The notes: generated by a model from the sequence alone, not told the origin. 45,455 nt of DNA from Octopus bimaculoides (GCF_001194135.2 NC_068997.1:9390606-9436060); one strand, 5' to 3'. Shown: positions 13,441 to 26,502, counted from the stretch's first letter. Numbers and translations: made by a program.

Positions 13441-13745
13441 GATAAAGATACCATTCGGTCATGAATGACCATAAGATTGCACCTAGAAAGTTCCTTCCAA
13501 GGTACAAGTCCAGGGGCAAGGTTTTTTATGGAAGGCCAGCAGTTGCCCAGGCATACATCCCCCCCCTCTCCGTGCTACCGATGTTATCCAAGGGAAAGGG
13601 AAAGGCTGATAACATCTTCGCACTAGTGTAACATGAAATAAAGTGTCTTGCTCAAGAACACAACAGAGCCTAGACCAGAAATCGAAATCACTACCTCGTA
13701 ATTGTGAGTCTGATGCTCTAATCACTGAAGCATGTACCATTTTTA
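13441..13745 (-). mobile_element. tRNA-headed SINE-like family F
   Basis: The minus strand starts TGCTTCAGTGATTAGAGCATCAGACTCACAATTACGAGGTAGTGATTTCGATTTCTGG, a tRNA-like A/B-box layout. A related head fragment lies at ~31640-31745 (TGTCTTGCTCAAG...CTCTAA.CACT). Confidence 0.65.
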
Positions 13746-15471
13746 TCCTTCTGATACTGGACACTAAAATAAGTACTACAGGCTATAGAATTCCCAAAAG
13801 TGGTGCTCTAGCATGGCCACAAGCCAATGCCTGAATCCAATAAAAAGAATAACACGTTGTCTCACTATGGAATGTACATTTTGGATCTACATTGAAGTTC
13901 TTGGTATAATAGCATAAATATCAAAATGACCTCAGTTTCTAACTTGTTAACCATCATCAAATTTCTCTTGATCCTTGCCATTCTGTTGAAAGAGCACAGC
14001 CTATTGCTACATAAACAAAATTCTGTTCAGTTTACATGTGAGTAAAGCTAGTTTGACAACTGTTTATACTTAGCTTTGCACCAACACAACATCAAAACTA
14101 AAAACATTCAGTGTACTGAAGCATGTTTGCAGTTTTAAAACAATATATGGGTGTGTATGTGTGTGTATACATATATGTATGTATATATGAGTATGTATGT
14201 ATATATGAGTATGTATGTACTACTTATATTTGTGTATATATATGTGTGTGTGTGTGTAGTTATATTTGTGTGTATATGTACTTTCATCTACCTAGCTATC
14301 TACACACACATACACACACATGGATGCACAAATGGAAGAGTACTCAGTACATATGTTTTTTTTTTTTTAATTTATTTGTTTAAAGCTGATGATTCACTCA
14401 GTTGCCGTTCAAAGTTTCTAACTATGTGAAGTCCACCAGGTAATAAAAAAAAGATGTCTGAAACATAATTATATTCATTGGTCTACTGAAATTTTCATGT
14501 TTCTGAATCTAATTCTTCAAGGATGAAATGTACAAGAAAAGAAGGAAAAAAAAAAGTTTCAAAATGGTTCCAAGAGATTCACTGAAGATGATATTCAGAT
14601 TCCCACCCTCGTTCCTTTGTAGTGTTAAGCAGATAAATTACCCTCACTAAATGGGATATCTGTCTGTCTATCTCAAGTATTTAGATACAAAATAGACTGG
14701 ACAACTTTCTCAGTCAGTGACAGTGAGTGCAAAGCTAAAATCTGATGTTTATGTTGTGTTTCTGAGAAAAACAAGCTATTCTACATCACTTCTGTTCACC
14801 TAGAATCAGAAATTGGTACTAGATCATCTGAGAATGTTACCTTTGATGCATAGATAGCAAATTCCCGGGGAAGATTTATCCCATATACTTTTTACACCAT
14901 CAAAATGAAACTAAACATTTTTCAAAACCCTCTTGGGACTTAGGTGACATTTATATTTATCTCAAGTGCAATCAATTAAGATAGTAGAGTCAGAAGAGTT
15001 GTAATAAAAAGCTTTATAGAATCCACAGCTTGGTGTATAACCATTCTGAGTTCAAACATTGCCTTTTATACCTCCAAGATCAATAAAATAAGAAACTGGT
15101 TATATACAAAACTCATTTCAAACCTCTTTATTCTTTTCCTCCTGACACAATTCGTCCTTGCTCCTGGGAAAAAGAAATCTATTCTGTAGATCTTAGGTGA
15201 CATAGATTAACACGTTTGGATATAAAATATCACGCAGTTTTACATTTTATGCTCCTTAAGAAGCTCTTTCCCAACAGCAGTGAAGATTTTGCAGAAATTT
15301 CTTTTGGTCACTATGGAAACTTAGATATTGTTTAGGCACCGATTATGTCCTTCCAGAAAATAAATAAATAGATAAAAACAAAAAAAAAACACACAACTAG
15401 CACTTATAGTGATTTACTACCATGTATCAAATCTCTTGCATACAGTTCACATGTAAAGCGTATTTGTGTGC

Positions 15472-15507
<36 letters not shown>

Positions 15508-15860
15508 ACAGGAGAGAGAGTGTGAAGGAGAGAAAGAAAGAGAGAAAAATCAATATGTTCAAAGTGTAGATTTACTAGACAGCTCGACAAGAATTCTAAA
15601 TGCTTCTAATGTAGAGAACTTGAGCCTTTGGGGACAGGTGAGCTAAGTAGACAGCCAAAGAATTTATTTGCATTAACCTTGATCTATTATCTGAAGAAGG
15701 TAAGCACTGGAGAGTAAAGAGGGAAGTCTCTGACCAATCAAGCAAAGAGACAAACCCAGTTTCAATTCTTAGTCAAAAGTTGTTTAATTTTCTCTTTTTT
15801 TTCTTTTCTGTCTTTTGCTTACAAGACACACCTACCTGTTGTTTTTCTATTTCTGCTTCA

Positions 15861-16055
15861 TTAACACCTGTTGTTACCATATATCTGTTGAAATGCACTA
15901 CTTTTGTTTCAATTAATGTTGACAATATTGAAGAATTTAGTAAAATAACTTTGGTAGCAGTAAGCTGGTGTTTGCAACATAAATTAACAAGAAATTTCGA
16001 TGGAAGGTTTTAATTAAGATTCCTTTATAGCAAGAAGTTTGTATCATAAAATCAG
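15861..16055 (-). mobile_element. TTAA-flanked MITE, decayed copy
   Basis: Reverse complement of the elements at 17788-18017 and 38267-38510. One end is TTAACACCTGTTGTTACC; the other end is eroded. Confidence 0.6.
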
Positions 16056-16204
16056 GGTCCTCTGATACAAACATAAAAAAGTAAGGGATCAACAAGATCT
16101 CTCCAGACCACAAACAAAAACACCTCTGCAAAATATGCGAAAGGCTGAGGTCATGTTTTCATATTTATCGTTTGTTTAAAATTTGCAGGTCAAAATAGGA
16201 GGGC

Positions 16205-16415
16205 AGAAGCAGAAGCATGATGTGCAAAATGCTTGGTGGCATTTCGTCTGTCTTCATGTTCTGAGATCAAATTCCGCCAAGGTTGACTTTGCCTTTCATC
16301 ATTTTGGGATCGATAAAATAAGTACCAGTTGTGTACTGGGGTCGATCTAATTGACTAGTTCCCTCTCCCACCACAAAAAAATTTCGGGCCTTGTACCTAG
16401 AGTAGAAAAGAATGT
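16205..16415 (+). mobile_element. SINE family A (tail variant ...AAATTTCGGGCCTTGTACCTAGAGTAGAAAAGAAT)
   Basis: Conserved body GGTTGACTTTGCCTTTCATC...GATCGATAAAATAAGTACCAG; same tail variant as 22817-23045. Confidence 0.85.
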
Positions 16416-16494
16416 TGGGAAATATTACAATTAGCGGAAATACAAAAATTTCTGAAGAATGGCTGGCAAAAAAAAGGGTCTATCTTTTATATTG

Positions 16495-16925
16495 ATTGTG
16501 TTTCAGTCATTTGGCTGTGCCCAAGTTGGAGCACTACCTTGAAGGGTTTTAGCTGAACAAATTAACCCCAGTAATTATATTTGTTTTAAGCCTTGTACTT
16601 ATTCTATTAATGTCTTTTGCTGAACTGCTAAGTTATGGGAATGTAAATAGACCAATGCCAGTTGTCAAGTGGTGGTAGGGGACAAACACAGATGCAAAGA
16701 CAGACACACATAGATAAATATACATATGTGTGTGCATGTATGTATACACACACTCAGAGAGAGAGAGAGAGGCTTCTTTCAGTTTCTGACTACCAAATCC
16801 ACTCACAAGGTTTTTCTCAGCCTTGGTCTGGGGCTATGGTAAAAGACACTTGTCCAAGGTGCCACACAGGGGGACTTATCCCAGAACTATATCGTTGGGA
16901 AGCAAGCATCTTACCACACAACCAT
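16495..16925 (-). mobile_element. SINE family B, full length
   Basis: Reverse complement of 2874-3237 and 39383-39788, from TTTCAGTCATTTGGCTGTG to GCATCTTACCACACAACCA. Confidence 0.85.
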
Positions 16926-17380
16926 ACTGTAATACACCTATACAAAGGTCACTTTCATCATGCTAGTTCTACCAAAATTTGGTCTTAGAATAATGCAACT
17001 TTACTCTAAACCTAGTCACAGACATCATTTGGTCACAATACAACTGACCAGCCTTTTATAACTGATCTATTCACTTTACCGCGTCTAGACTGGCATCATT
17101 GGATAAAGACCATCAATTTTGTTAAACTAATTAAACAAAATGATGTAATTGGATGGTGAATTTAATTGCTACTCTTTTGAATTTCTTCAAGTTAATTTTT
17201 TTTTTTTTTTTTTTTTTTTCATATTTACAACTTCTTTCTATAATATTGTGCAAATGAATTTTTCTTGTTCTTCTACTATTTAATACCACTGAAGGTACTG
17301 CAGAGAGCTCAATGATATTGCTGAACTGAAGGTTTCCAAAGTCAATTTAACTCTTTAGAATTCAGATTACTCTGTTAAAT

Positions 17381-17560
17381 CATCATCATCATCATCATTT
17401 AACGTCCGTTGTCCATGCTAGTATGAGTTGGACAATTTGACTAAGGTTGGTAAGCTGATGGGCTACACCAGACTCCAATCTGGCATGGACTCTACAACTA
17501 GATGCTTTTCCTAATGCCAACCACTCTAAGAATGTAATCGGTGCTTTTACGTGCCAGTTG
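17381..17560 (-). mobile_element. (GAT)n-tailed family C
   Basis: (CAT)n TTAACGTCCGTTGTCCATGCTAGTATGAGTTGGAC... is the reverse complement of the family C 3' end. Confidence 0.8.
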
Positions 17561-17787
17561 CATGACATTTATTCATGCTATTTTGTATTAATCATGCATT
17601 ATCTCATAGCTTTAATATTTCAATGATGCAATTGTTTATTTTCAGAACGTGAATTTAGGGTAGTTGTGAGGGGCTGGATATGGTCACATAGGTTTGGAGT
17701 TCAATCCCACTGCAAGCAACCAACAAAACATAAAGATTAAAAAAGTATATCCAATCTGTGGCATTACAGAAATGGTAGGACCTCTGA

Positions 17788-18017
17788 TTAACCGTTTCAA
17801 TATGAACCTGGCTGAAACCGCCTCTGACTCTGTAGTACAAATGTGCTGTTTTCATAAGTTTTCAATTAAAATCTTCCACCAAACCTTAGTCACAATTTAT
17901 GTTCCTAACACTAGCTTAATGATAACCGAGTCATTTTACTAAATTCTTTGTTACATTTTAAATTAATTGAAAGAAACATAGAGCATCTCAACAGAAATAC
18001 AGTAACAAAAAGGTTAA
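17788..18017 (+). mobile_element. ~230-bp MITE with TTAA at both ends (piggyBac-type target site)
   Basis: Starts TTAACCGTTTCAATA and ends GTAACAAAAAGGTTAA (imperfect TIR). Highly similar to 38267-38510. Confidence 0.75.
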
Positions 18018-18323
18018 ATAAATAACAGTTCATGTTAATAAGAAAGACCATCCTTCCTTATTCTGTTCCCAATTCAAATTCCACTGTGGTCGTCACCTTC
18101 TTCATTTTTCACTCTTCCAAGGTTCATGAAATAGTCATCAGTCATGAACTGCAATGACTTTAATTGACTATAATAACACTCCACCCCCCAAGCCCAACCT
18201 AATCGTAGCCTTGTGCCAATTTATGAAATCCTTTATACAAGCTAATGTCAACTGCATCACGTCACGCAGCAATGTCTAAACCTTCTCTTTAATTCTGATC
18301 CTAATTCATCAACTTGGATCAGG

Positions 18324-18368
<45 letters not shown>

Positions 18369-19169
18369 CTTGACTCCTTTGCCTTTCTGCTACTTTCACC
18401 ACCAGCCCAGCCAATCCCTACTCCCTCCACCAAATATATTGGGTGCTTGATGACAATAAGCCATGTTTTGGCAGCTACTTCTGAGATGATCAAACAAAAC
18501 GCTCTGCTATGAAGTCTTTCAAAATCAAGAGCACCACAAAGCTGGAGGCAGTGGTGTTAGTTTGGTGATGTGTGGAGTTGGTAGCAACGTGGTGCACTTT
18601 ATATCCTTGCCATATAACTGATCGAGATTAACTAGGCAGTTTTGACTTGTAAAATGATAAATGTAGCAGCAGCAGCAGCAACAACAACAATAATAAATGA
18701 ATAAGGAGGAGCAGTTTAACTTTTGTTTTTTACTCCGATGTCGTTCTTCCATCTTTTTCCATACTTGAAATAAAATTTTAAAAATATAAATTTGAAGTTT
18801 TTTGTTTTTTTAAGGCAAGGAATTGTTACTTTCTATAAAAAGGTAACATATGGCTTGCCAAAGTCAGTAATTCTGTTTTAATTGAAAGGTGTGGAATGAT
18901 AATTATTTCAAGATAAGTTGACTGCTTGTGTGGAATATGGAGAGATGCTTATATTAATTTGTCTTATGAGGTGGAGAAAGGAGAGTGTTCATAACTTATT
19001 TTAGAGCTTTCTTGACTTGGGTGTATATGATATACTTAACACACACACACACACACACACAAAAACACATACATACACACACATACATACATACACACAC
19101 ACATATATATAACATAAAAATTCAATATTATAATCATCTTAATCTTCACTTTTCTATGCTGGCATGGGT

Positions 19170-19485
19170 TAGACAGGCAAGGACAAGTGACTGAGACCTT
19201 TAGCAATATGCTGTGCTTGAGAAGACCCGTCAGGCCAAGTGAAATCGTAGTCACGGTAGATGCCAGTGTTGCATATCTGGCATCCATGCCAGTAGCATAT
19301 ATATATAAAATACCCACTGCACTCTTGGAGTGGTTGGCATTAGGAAGGGCATCCAGCTGTAGAAACTCTGCCAAACCAGACTGGAGCCTGGTGCAGCTCC
19401 CCAGCTTACCAGTTTTCAGCCAAACGATCCAACCAATGCCAGCATGGAAAGCAGATGCTAAATGATGATAATGATGATGATGATG
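19170..19485 (+). mobile_element. (GAT)n-tailed family C, long copy
   Basis: Collinear with 37760-38132 (GTGAC.GAGACCTTT.GCAATATGC...GGAAGGGCAT.CAGCTGTAGAAAC...CCAGCATGGA...GATGATGAT). Confidence 0.85.
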
Positions 19486-19579
19486 TAGATCTTCTATGGG
19501 CAGATGCACTTCCTGTTTCCAAGCAAGGTAATCTTTTTCCATGGCCAGAAATGCTTTAGCAGAATATTGGAAATTTAAA

Positions 19580-19920
19580 ATTGGTTTCCTTAACCACAGG
19601 CATCTTGTGCAAGCCAAAGCCTTGTGAGTAGATTTGGTAGATGGAAACTGAAAGAAGCTCAATGTGTGTGTGTGCATGTGTGTGTATTGCTGTCTCCTTG
19701 ACTTGACATCACATGATCGTTGTAAACAAGTATCATCATAATGAAAGTGGTCGCCTTCATTTTCAATCTTCCATGAAAACATGTCTGGTCATGAGGAACA
19801 TTACCTTGCTTGGAAACTGATGAGCATCGGCAACAGGAAGGGCATCCAGTTGTGGCAAATCCACCATAGCAAATTCTGTTTGACCCATGCAAGCTTGAAA
19901 ATGATGATGATGATGATGAG
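19580..19920 (+). mobile_element. SINE with B head and type-2 (D) tail, 5' truncated
   Basis: AAAGCCTTGTGAGTAGATTTGGTAGATGGAAACTGAAAGAAGC, then (TG)n, then GTCTCCTTGACTTGACATCAC...CAATCTTCCATGAAAACATGTCTGG and a (GAT)n tail. Confidence 0.75.
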
Positions 19921-20574
19921 GATGATTAATATTTATTTTCAATTAGGAAGGAAGAATTTGAACTCCAGGTGTTACAGGTATTTATTTAAACAACATGGAG
20001 TGAACGAAAAGTTAATTCTGATTTGAACTCAGAACAAAGACAAAATCCTAAGTAGGCATGATACACTGTCATTTCAGTCAGTTAACTCACTACCCTAATA
20101 TGAAATAAGCCATGAAGAAAAATATCTCCATTATCAAAAAATATAATTTAAAGAATTTAAATTAAACTGAATTTAAGCCAGGAAACAATAACACTTTTGA
20201 GGGCTTTTGTTCTGCAAAGTAAGAAAAAGGAGAAAAAGAAAAGAGAAAGAAACAGTTAAGATAATCAATTAAACTACACAGCTAATGATAATTAAATCTA
20301 ACAAAAAGCTGGTTGTCAAAAGGTGGAAGGAAATAAAGAAGGTTTGACAGATTGCCAACTGAGAAAGGTACAACATTGACCTGAAAGACTGCCAGTTGCT
20401 AGAGGTGAACTAGAAAAGAATAAAAAATAATAATAATAAATAAAATAAAATAAAATAAAAAGTTGGCTAATTATAGAATGTGGTTAATGTGATAACGAAC
20501 ATGGTAATATCAAATTTGTTTTTCTGTTTAATTTTGCAAGGTGTTCTGCAGTAATGACACCATAATACCGTAAA

Positions 20575-20967
20575 TACTGATTTCAAATTTTGGGCCAAGG
20601 CCAGCAATTTTCTTCTTTTTTTTTTGTGGGGTGGGGGCAGTAAGTCAATTACGCTGATCTCAAATGTTCAACTAGCACTTGCTTTAGCAACCATGAAAAG
20701 GGTGAAAGACAAAGTTGACTTGGGCAGAATTTGAACTTAGAATATCTAGACATATGAAATGTCAATAATTTTGCCAGCTCACCGCCTTAATAATATCTTA
20801 AAATAGTAGTTTCACATTTTGGCACAAGGCCAGTAATTTTTTTTTGGGGGGGGGGAGTTGATTACATTTAACTCCCCCTCCCCCGGTGTTTAACTGGTAC
20901 TTATTTTCCCAACATTGAAAGGATGCAAGGCAAAGTCAACCTTGGCAGAATTTATACTCAGAATGTA
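20575..20967 (-). mobile_element. Two tandem SINE family A copies (~20575-20790 and ~20808-20967)
   Basis: Both begin with (TT)TCA(A/C)ATTTTGG.C.CAAGGCCAG.AATTT. The second stops abruptly at CAGAATGTA, where the minisatellite starts. Confidence 0.8.
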
Positions 20968-21163
20968 TAAGGCAGGGACACTACTCCTTGAGACCCCTAT
21001 CTCAGCCCCCCCCTACCTAAGGTAGGGCTACTACTCCCTGAGACCCCTATCTCAGCCCCCCACTACCTAAGGCAGGGATACTACTCCTTGAGACCCCTTT
21101 CGGAGCCCCCCTACCTAAGGCAGGGATGCTACTCCCTGAGACCCATATCTGAGCCTCCCTACC
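20968..21163. repeat. GC-rich minisatellite, 4 units (50, 50, 48, 48 bp)
   Basis: Units start with TAAGG(C/T)AGGG at 20968, 21018, 21068 and 21116. Approximate consensus TAAGGCAGGGATACTACTCCYTGAGACCCCTATCTCAGCCCCCCCTACC. Confidence 0.95.
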
Positions 21164-21234
21164 ACTGAACACTATATTTCAATGAAGTAGCAGCACAGTT
21201 GACTGAACATCTGGAATGTTCTTTTATTTTTTGT

Positions 21235-21890
21235 CTTTTACTTATTTCAGTCATTGCACGGTGGCCATGCTGGGGCACTGCTTCAGAGGTGCTTAAGCAA
21301 ACAAATCAATGCTAATACTTATTTTTCTAAATGTGATATTTATTCTATCAGTCACTTTTACTGAATGACTATGTTACAAGGATATAAACAAACCAACACC
21401 AGCTGTCAAGCTGTGATGGGGGACAAACACAAAGACACACACATACTAACAAACATCCATCCATACATACATACACAAAGGGCTTCTACACAGTTTCCTA
21501 TTTCTTTACTGCCCACAAGAGGCCACATACAAAGGGGACAAACAAGGACAGACAAACGGATTAAGTCGATTACATCGACCCCAGTGCGTAACTGGTACTT
21601 AATTTATCGACCCGAAAGGATGAAAGGCAAAGTCGACCTCGGCAGAATTTGAACTCAGAACGTAACGGCAGACGAAATACCGCTAAGCATTTCGCCCGGT
21701 GTGCTAACGTTTCTGCCAGCTCACCGCCTTTACAGTTTCTACACAGGGCTTCTACACAGTTTCCATCAACCAAATTCAATCACAAGGTATTGGTTGGCTG
21801 AGGGCTATAGCAAAGATACGTGCCCAAGGTGCAGCACAGTGGAACTAAGGTCACGTAGCTACCAAGTGAAAACTTAACTACAAAACCATA
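21235..21890 (-). mobile_element. SINE family B interrupted by a young family A insertion
   Basis: B tail at 21235-21498; the B head resumes at 21745 (AGGGCTTCTACACAGTTTCCATCAACCAAATTC...CCCAAGGTGCAGCACAGTGG). Confidence 0.8.
21499..21730 (-). mobile_element. Young, CpG-rich SINE family A copy with a distinct 3' tail and a 20-bp flanking duplication
   Basis: The minus strand reads AAGGCGGTGAGCTGGCAGAAACGTTAGC...TTCTGAGTTCAAATTCTGCCGAGGTCGAC...GTAAAGAAATA. AGGGCTTCTACACAGTTTCC occurs at 21479-21498 and 21745-21764. Confidence 0.9.
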
Positions 21891-22783
21891 GTGACAAAGC
21901 CATTACAGAAACTGGTGCAGAATCTATATTATTATTAAGTCACATCTATAGAGGGAGAGGAATGTAAGACACCACACTGCATAAGACTGGTTGGCTGAGC
22001 ACAAGATCCCAGTTTGATTTCTAGTGTAGCCATTTCTTTTTATTCCTTTCTATTGTTGATTATGCTTGAAGAAGAGATCGGAATATCTGACAACTTTTTT
22101 TCTTCTCTTTCACAGTAAATGTGAGGCCAAGTGCCAAATTATACATTAATCAATACACACACATACACACACATACATACATGTATTTCAATAGAAGAGA
22201 AAGGAAAAAAGCAGGCAGGAGCTTGAGTCAGTAATGTGTTCGTGCTTGTATGCAAGAGGATGAGAAAGAGAGAAAAGAAAAGGTATATGGCCACCTGCGT
22301 GCATGAGAGGGAGAGAGAGAGAGAGGAGAGAAATCGAAAGAAAAGAGGAAGGAGAGAGAGTAGAGCTAATATGTCATATACCAATTAGGTTTCAATGCGA
22401 AAGAGAGAGAAAGCAAAGGGAGATAACTTCCTTAGCTAGTTCTAACCTAACAAATAGCGAAATTCTATGACATCTTTTGTCAGTGTATTACAGAAACATC
22501 ATATATATAAGCTGAGATATTGATGTGGAATTGTATTCATCGAATATAAACCAAAATGTGTCATTATTTTCTCTTTGGTGTTTTCTTTACTTATCATTAT
22601 TAAAAACATTTTCTAATTAATGTGAAACTTTCAAATATCTTTTTTTCATTCTTTTCCTCTTTTCCTTTTCACCAGAAAAATATCATTAGATATATACTGA
22701 GTAAATATAATTATTTACAAAGTTAATTCAATTAAATTATTATCATTATTATTATTATTGCTATCATCATTATTATTATCATC

Positions 22784-22815
<32 letters not shown>

Positions 22816-22816
22816 T

Positions 22817-23045
22817 AAAGGAAGCAAGCTGGCAGAATCATTAGCATGCTGGGCAAAATGCTTAGCAGCATTTCATCCATCTTTATGTTCTGAGTTCAAA
22901 TTCTGCCAGGGTCAACTTTGTCTTTCATCCTTTCAGGATCAATAAATTAAGTACCAGTGAAACACTGGGGTCAATGTAATCAACTAGTCCCCTCCCCTAA
23001 AATTTCAGGCCTTGTGCCTTTAGTAGAAGTGATTATTATTATTAT
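22817..23045 (+). mobile_element. SINE family A, full length, embedded in (ATT/ATC)n
   Basis: AAGGAAGCAAGCTGGCAGAATCATTAGC head, GAGTTCAAATTC B-box, (ATT)n tail. Confidence 0.85.
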
Positions 23046-23336
23046 TATTATTATTGCTATCATCATCATGTTTTTTGGTATAGACAAATAAACTGAAAGT
23101 GAGTCTGTTACATGACACCTGGTGCTCAGACAAATTCCATAGATTATTTCCTGCAATAAAAGGGTGGAGTACTGGTTGCCAGGGAGGAGACAATCTTTTT
23201 TTGAAACATATGGAGAGTTAAAAATAACGAGTTCAAAACATTGTTTAATGTGTCGGAAATCAAATGATATAAAATTAATTTCTAATTTAAAATGCTCTAT
23301 TATTACTTTCATCCCCAGGTAAAGAATAGATATGAA

Positions 23337-23700
23337 TCATCATCATCATCATTTAATGTTTGCTTTCCATGCTAACACATGTTGTACAATTCAACAGGAG
23401 TTGATAAGTCAGACAACTGCGCCAAGCTTCACTGTCTGCTTTCATAGGATTTCTACAGCTGGATGCCCTTCCCAATGCCAGCTGCTCTACAGAGTGTACT
23501 GAGTACTCTTTTATATGGCACCAACACCAGTGAGGTCACAGGGTAACTTGCATCACAAGACCCCTCTACTGAGGAGGGAAGTGGTAGTGAAGGGAGGTGG
23601 CTTTGTGCCAAGTGATGAGAAGTTAGAGTATGATAGAGGGTTAGAAACAGCTGTCTTGCAGCAGGGGAGAAACATGGCTACCCCATAGTTTCATGAAAAT
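23337..23700 (-). mobile_element. (GAT)n-tailed family C-like copy
   Basis: (CAT)n TTAATGTTTGCTTTCCATGCTAAC...TTTCTACAGCTGGATGCCCTTCCCAATGCCA. Confidence 0.75.
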
Positions 23701-24282
23701 CCCTGAAAGCTTATCTCATCATATATAATACTAGTGGCAGTTCAGTCATTTGCAATGACAGCTTACAGCATCCTAATGATGATGAGGATGACAAGTCATA
23801 TCCATTCTTTACCTGGGGAAGAAAGTAATAATGGAACATCCTAATGCTGGTAGATTTAAAAATCAAAAAGAAGTTTGCTTCCCAACCATATTGTTTCAAT
23901 TTCCTCTACTATTTAGCCTTAATTTCTTGAAATTATTTCCCCTTTTCCTTGACAGTTGCTAACAATTGCCATTAAGAGTCAGATTTCAATTCATTAAGAA
24001 TTTTCTTTTCTTTTTTTTTTTGCATACATCATGCAGTACATAAGCATCTATGTGAATTATCTGAAATCAGGTTTACTGCAGAAATTTATTGCTTATCAAA
24101 GCAGCCTGCAGAAGGGGGAGGAGCTCAAAGTTGTGAGATAAGACCACAGCTTTAGAATGCTGCTGTATACTGCAACCTTATAGCATGTACACTTATCAAA
24201 ACTATTCACTATTATTTCACTAGAACCACACATATCATACCTAAATATTTAATTAAAATTTTACTGATAATCTCCCCACCTC

Positions 24283-24368
24283 TGTCTGTCTGTCTCTGTC
24301 TGTCTGTCTGTCTCTTCTTCTCACAATCTGTCTCTGTCTGTCTGTCTCTCTCTCTCTCTCTTCTTCTC

Positions 24369-24427
<59 letters not shown>

Positions 24428-24450
24428 ACAAGCTGTCTCTGTCTTCAAGT
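24283..24450. repeat. (CTGT)n/(CT)n polypyrimidine microsatellite, with a (GA)n tract at ~24631-24725
   Basis: Read directly; source of the ERERER/LSLSLS ORFs. Confidence 0.95.
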
Positions 24451-24629
24451 ATCAAATTCTTGAGGGAATATAATTTTTCACTTCAGCTTTCCCATCTTAT
24501 CTACTCAAATCTTTTTTCACTGTCTGTCATGCTTTATAGTAAATAATCTTCTGCTATTAACAACCTATGTTTCACTGCCATAAACTATTGCATGTCAAAT
24601 ACAAGCAACACTCCACTTGCTATTTATAT

Positions 24630-24694
<65 letters not shown>

Positions 24695-26136
24695 CTGAGA
24701 GAGAGAGAAAGGGAGAGAGAGAGAGATTATTTATTATTAATATAAGTAGGCTGTTAAAAATTTCTTTTATCTAATGAAAATGTTTATTACTCTACAATCC
24801 TCAGATCCACAACTACCAGTAATAATTAGGTCCCCTTGGTAACAGAAATTACACACAACTTCTATGATTCAGTGCTACAGCCTATAGACAGTCGTCACAT
24901 ATGGATCTAACTAACATTATGCTTCATGTACTTTAATATCTTAACTATTTCATCACTCACCAGTTTCACTACTTATGTCAAAATGATGGTCTACTTCAAC
25001 CACTCCATTTTCTAGACTAGATACCAAAACCAAGACATTATTGTTACAGATCACACATACTTACTTTAAATGCGCTTTGTTTTCTAACGTAGGCTCTCAT
25101 CAAAGTCTTTGTTTTAATCTACCCCATTCTTTTTGTAATTGCAAATATAAGCAGCATCCTCCCTGTTGAATATATATCTGGCCTAACTTGATTGATACAA
25201 TTTCCATATTTCACATTTTATCAAGAGTGTTTGTAATATTTTTCAAACATAAACTTATTGTTAACATAAAATGAATGTTATGAGTCATTCATCTACAATT
25301 AACTGGCTCATTTATTCCCTGGCTAACATGATAGGAAAAAAAAAAAAAAGAGGGGGTAAGCACTAAACAAAACAAAGAATCAAACTCTGTTAAATGTCGT
25401 TTTTACATCAGCAGAATAAAGTAATAGCATTTATTTCTGGTGTAGTTAGCTTGCTGGGAAAATAGAATTAACACTCTCGTGTCCTACCACAAAACAACAC
25501 TGTAGTCTATCATTGACTTAAAATCTTCCATTAATTATCCTTTCTCTAACTCTTTCACTCCTTCCATATCTGGCCCTCCCCCCAGCACACTTCATCCTAT
25601 TGGTTTCCTATAATTACATCTCTCGGTTGGATTACTTTTATTTTTAGAGTACCATTATTAATTTAGAGTACTTTTTCTGCTGAGAATGTAATTAATTGTA
25701 TCGTTAACCTATAGTTGTAGCTGTAGAATCAATGTCTTCACAAAGATGTGGAAAATGTGGAACGTTTAAAAATTATGCCTGGTCTGCTGTTTTCCACAAT
25801 GAAGAAATACTTTAAACCATAATACACAATAATCCTTTTACTGTATAAAATCAATCGTGTAACCTCTTTATTTTCTGCTAATTCATCATCAGTTTATCAT
25901 CAACTTGTGGAATCAATTTCCAACTTTCCTATGAGGATATACTTCCCCTGATCCATGAAAAGTTTTGGATTGAGACAATTGGGCATTGCTGTATATATAT
26001 ATATATAATATATATACATAATTAAGGGATCAGCAACAGTTGCTTCACCACATACCGAAGTTCAGAAATAGCAGCTAAAGTGCTTGGTAAAAATTATTAA
26101 TTATTAATTTATTAATAAATTAATATTCCTTTTATT

Positions 26137-26175
<39 letters not shown>

Positions 26176-26199
26176 TTTACTTGTTTCAGTCATGTATTC

Positions 26200-26292
26200 T
26201 TTGGCATTAAAAGAAGGACATTAAAACTCACATTGCTAGAGGATGGTCAGCTCTTTCAAAGATGGACACCATTCGAAAAACCTCATCCTTAC
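26200..26292 (+). pseudogene. Short fragment of an RTE-like LINE ORF2 (region just after the RT domain)
   Basis: Reads KDIKTHIARGWSALSKMDTIRKTS, close to the RTE-type pattern EKDIKIRIAKAW.A..K(L/M)..IWKS (recalled, not searched). Confidence 0.5.
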
Positions 26293-26502
26293 TTCAGATT
26301 TTTTTTTTTTTTGTTGGTCAGATTGAAAAGCAAATTTCAGCTCACCATTTACTAATTGTATAATATCATGAATGTGGGGTTAAAAGGTTCACTTTGCAAC
26401 CACATGGTTTAAGTTCAGTCCTACCGTGCAGCACCTTAAACAAGTATTTACTAATATAGTGCAAAGTTAACAAGAACGTTGGAGTGGAATTGGCAGACAG
26501 AA

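Noticed and set aside
18325-18368. (CTA)n tract and numerous other (GA)n, (CA)n, (AT)n and (ATT)n tracts
   Set aside because: Ordinary microsatellites; non-B DNA potential alone is not evidence of function.
20968-21163. CRISPR-like appearance of the hairpin repeats
   Set aside because: There are no unique spacers, the whole unit is repeated, there are no cas genes, and the context is eukaryotic.
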